The notes under the pieces are model-generated. The model worked only from the letters and a program-made list of their open reading frames with translations, was not told where the DNA came from and did no database searches. From positions 1 to 38,987 of the IMG/VR virus record IMGVR_UViG_3300030098_004222: a DNA stretch of 38,987 nt, one strand, 5' to 3'. This document shows positions 36,980 to 38,987 of the stretch, piece after piece (position 1 is the stretch's first letter; each line of letters opens with the position of its first letter). A program made the position numbers and the translations under genes. The stretch is from a virus. Lineage: Duplodnaviria; Caudoviricetes.

Positions 36980-38987
36980 ATGAAAAAAGACGCGTCTAAA
37001 GTAGTGTATATAATTATAATGTTAATGGTGTTTTGTTTAAATACTTTATTTGGACAAAAGCAAACTATAATACATGTAACTACGGACAGTTATCCATCAG
37101 AAACTTATTGGATATTAATGAAAGATTCGCTTTATGGTGATACTATAGCTGCGGTTTCGCCTGGCCACTACACTTCCGCTAATACATCGTACACTGATAC
37201 GATTATGTTGGCTGATACTATAACTAATATTACGTTTTTAATAAGAGACGCTTATGGTGATGGTATAATGGCTCCTGGTAATTTTTATGTTTCAATTTGC
37301 GAAGACACTATAATATCAGTACCTACACCTAACTTTAATTCTGGTATGTACTGGAACAGATTAGTTCCACAGTGTTTACCTAACCCTCCACCACCAGTCG
37401 GTCCTTGTGTGCCAGCAATGGTTAATATAAATTTAGATCAGTTTACAAATGAAACCACGTGGGAAATAAAAGACACAATTGGTAATATTTTATTATCAGG
37501 AGGGCCTTATCCAAATGCTCCTGATTATGAACCACAATTTATAATAGTGTGTTTACCTACAGGTCCATTAACGTTTACGATAAATGATAGTTATGGAGAT
37601 GGGCTTGCTGGTAGCTTGTGGGGAGGTAATGACGGATCGTATTATTTACTTCAATGTGGCGATACCTTAGTATTTGGCGATGTAGCTAACTTTGGGACAG
37701 ATTCCACGCATACATTCGTTTCTGACACGTGTACACCTCCACCACCGGTACCAGGCTGTATGGATGAAGATTATGTAGAATATAACTCTTTAGCTACGGT
37801 GAGCGATAGTAGTTGCACTGTATTAAAAGTATATGGTTGTACTGATAGCACTATGTTTAACTATGATTCTACGGCTAACACTATGGATTATATTGATAGC
37901 TGTGATTATACGCTTATATTACATGATCTCGTTGGTAATGGTTGGGTTGGTAGTAGATTAGAGATTTACCAAGAAGATACAACTGTTTTTTACATGAACC
38001 AACCAGGTTTAAACCAACAGTTTACAATACAACTTAACGCCCCTGAGATAGTTAAAGCTAAGTTTTTTGTTAGTCAACAAGCCTCTAATACCGCTTTAGA
38101 GTGTGGTTTTACTTTACAAAACCCAATGGGTGACACAGTTATAAGTGTAGTTCCTCCTTTTATTGTTCCTTTTCAAACATATACAGGTACCACTTATTGT
38201 GGCAACGAGTGTGTAGATGTAGTTGAAGGCTGTGTAGATTCAACTGCTTTTAATTACAACGCTTCAGCCAACACACCAGAGCCTTGTTATTATTACCCAG
38301 GTTGTATTAGTCCGGCTTATTTAGAATATCATACAGACACAACTAATGGTTACTATACTGATATTAACGTGCAAGATAGCTGTCAGGTTTTAGCTTTATT
38401 TGGCTGTACAGACTCAACGGCTTTTAATTATGATCAAAATGCTAATGTTGATAATGGTGGTTGTGTTCCTGTTGTAACTGGTTGTATGGATGCTTTTGCT
38501 TTTAACTACAACGCTTTGGCTAACACACCAGATACATGTATAGCATTTGTTTACGGGTGTACTAATCCGTTAGCTTTTAATTATGATAGTTTAGCTAATA
38601 CAGATGATGGAAGTTGTATAGCCACTGTGCTTGGTTGTACAGACCCTACAGCTTTTAATTATAACCCACTAGCGAACGTAGATGATAGTTCTTGTGTTGC
38701 TGTAGTTTATGGATGTACTGACCCAACAATGTTTAATTATAACGCTTTGGCAAATATAGATAATGGTAGTTGTGAGCCTTTTGTTTATGGTTGTATGGAT
38801 AGTACTATGTTTAATTTTAATCCTTTAGCAAATGTTCAAAATAATATTACTCCTTGTGTTCCTTTTGTGTATGGTTGTACTGATCCATCTATGCTCAACT
38901 ACAACCCGCAAGCTAACACGGAAGATTTTAGTTGTATCGCTTATATTTATGGTTGTACTGACTCTACTGCCCTTAATTATGATTCAA
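36980..38987 (+). CDS. 3'-truncated secreted Cys-repeat protein resembling Flavobacteriia surface/T9SS cargo proteins
   Basis: ATG at 36980 and frame open to the window end (about 669 aa; absent from the ORF track). Signal peptide MKKDASKVVYIIIMLMVFCLNTLFG|Q, two DxYGDG beta-sandwich repeats, and about 12 GCxDxxAxNYxxxANxDDGSC repeats. Confidence 0.85.
   Translation, partial: MKKDASKVVYIIIMLMVFCLNTLFGQKQTIIHVTTDSYPSETYWILMKDSLYGDTIAAVSPGHYTSANTSYTDTIMLADTITNITFLIRDAYGDGIMAPGNFYVSICEDTIISVPTPNFNSGMYWNRLVPQCLPNPPPPVGPCVPAMVNINLDQFTNETTWEIKDTIGNILLSGGPYPNAPDYEPQFIIVCLPTGPLTFTINDSYGDGLAGSLWGGNDGSYYLLQCGDTLVFGDVANFGTDSTHTFVSDTCTPPPPVPGCMDEDYVEYNSLATVSDSSCTVLKVYGCTDSTMFNYDSTANTMDYIDSCDYTLILHDLVGNGWVGSRLEIYQEDTTVFYMNQPGLNQQFTIQLNAPEIVKAKFFVSQQASNTALECGFTLQNPMGDTVISVVPPFIVPFQTYTGTTYCGNECVDVVEGCVDSTAFNYNASANTPEPCYYYPGCISPAYLEYHTDTTNGYYTDINVQDSCQVLALFGCTDSTAFNYDQNANVDNGGCVPVVTGCMDAFAFNYNALANTPDTCIAFVYGCTNPLAFNYDSLANTDDGSCIATVLGCTDPTAFNYNPLANVDDSSCVAVVYGCTDPTMFNYNALANIDNGSCEPFVYGCMDSTMFNFNPLANVQNNITPCVPFVYGCTDPSMLNYNPQANTEDFSCIAYIYGCTDSTALNYDS
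37754..38987 (+). repeat. Degenerate coding repeats (GCTD...NY...AN...SC), mostly 78-bp period
   Basis: Units begin at about 37754, 37835, 38228, 38300, 38402, 38480, 38555, 38633, 38711, 38789, 38873 and 38951. Confidence 0.85.

Noticed and set aside
38228-38987. CRISPR array or DGR repeat suggested by the ~78-bp periodicity
   Set aside because: Units are in-frame, vary at synonymous positions, lack identical repeats with unique spacers, and show no adenine-specific variation; no cas or RT gene is present.
1-38987. Stop-codon reassignment as in some crAss-like phages
   Set aside because: Genes up to 10 kb are uninterrupted in code 11 and tile the window densely; the capsid TAG stop is followed directly by a terminator.
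1-38987. tRNA, rRNA, integrase or transposase
   Set aside because: Intergenic gaps are all under about 75 nt with no cloverleaf seen, and no recombinase or transposase motifs were recognised.

Overview
The window is an AT-rich, gene-dense, almost entirely + strand segment of a tailed-phage genome. It holds the virion morphogenesis region of a podovirus-like phage with a crAss-like structural gene order. A Bacteroidota (probably Flavobacteriales) host is inferred from the lack of Shine-Dalgarno motifs and from a Flavobacteriia-style secreted protein. Gene order: small leader-bearing ORFs, a zincin peptidase and two holin-like proteins; a LamG-like virion protein; a tandem GroES-like protein; putative TerS; TerL; portal; scaffold; major capsid protein; ring/tail-tube proteins; a 2011-aa tail stabilization (muzzle-like) protein; three predicted ejected proteins; then a module of exported envelope proteins. 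Most notable: (1) a 3366-aa predicted virion-delivered protein carrying a HExxH zincin, a sigma-70 region-2-like domain, an HNH-like segment, a HAD phosphatase and C-terminal CCCH fingers, with a recurring K-[FL]-S-[RK]-S motif at domain borders that suggests a self-processing polyprotein; (2) an identical MAFKMKG leader (21 identical nt) on two otherwise unrelated small proteins flanking a peptidase that starts MGFKLG; (3) a host-like exported module with a CxxC-less thioredoxin and a Cys-repeat protein dense in Bacteroidota O-glycosylation sequons. All family calls come from motif reading and synteny by eye; no searches were run.
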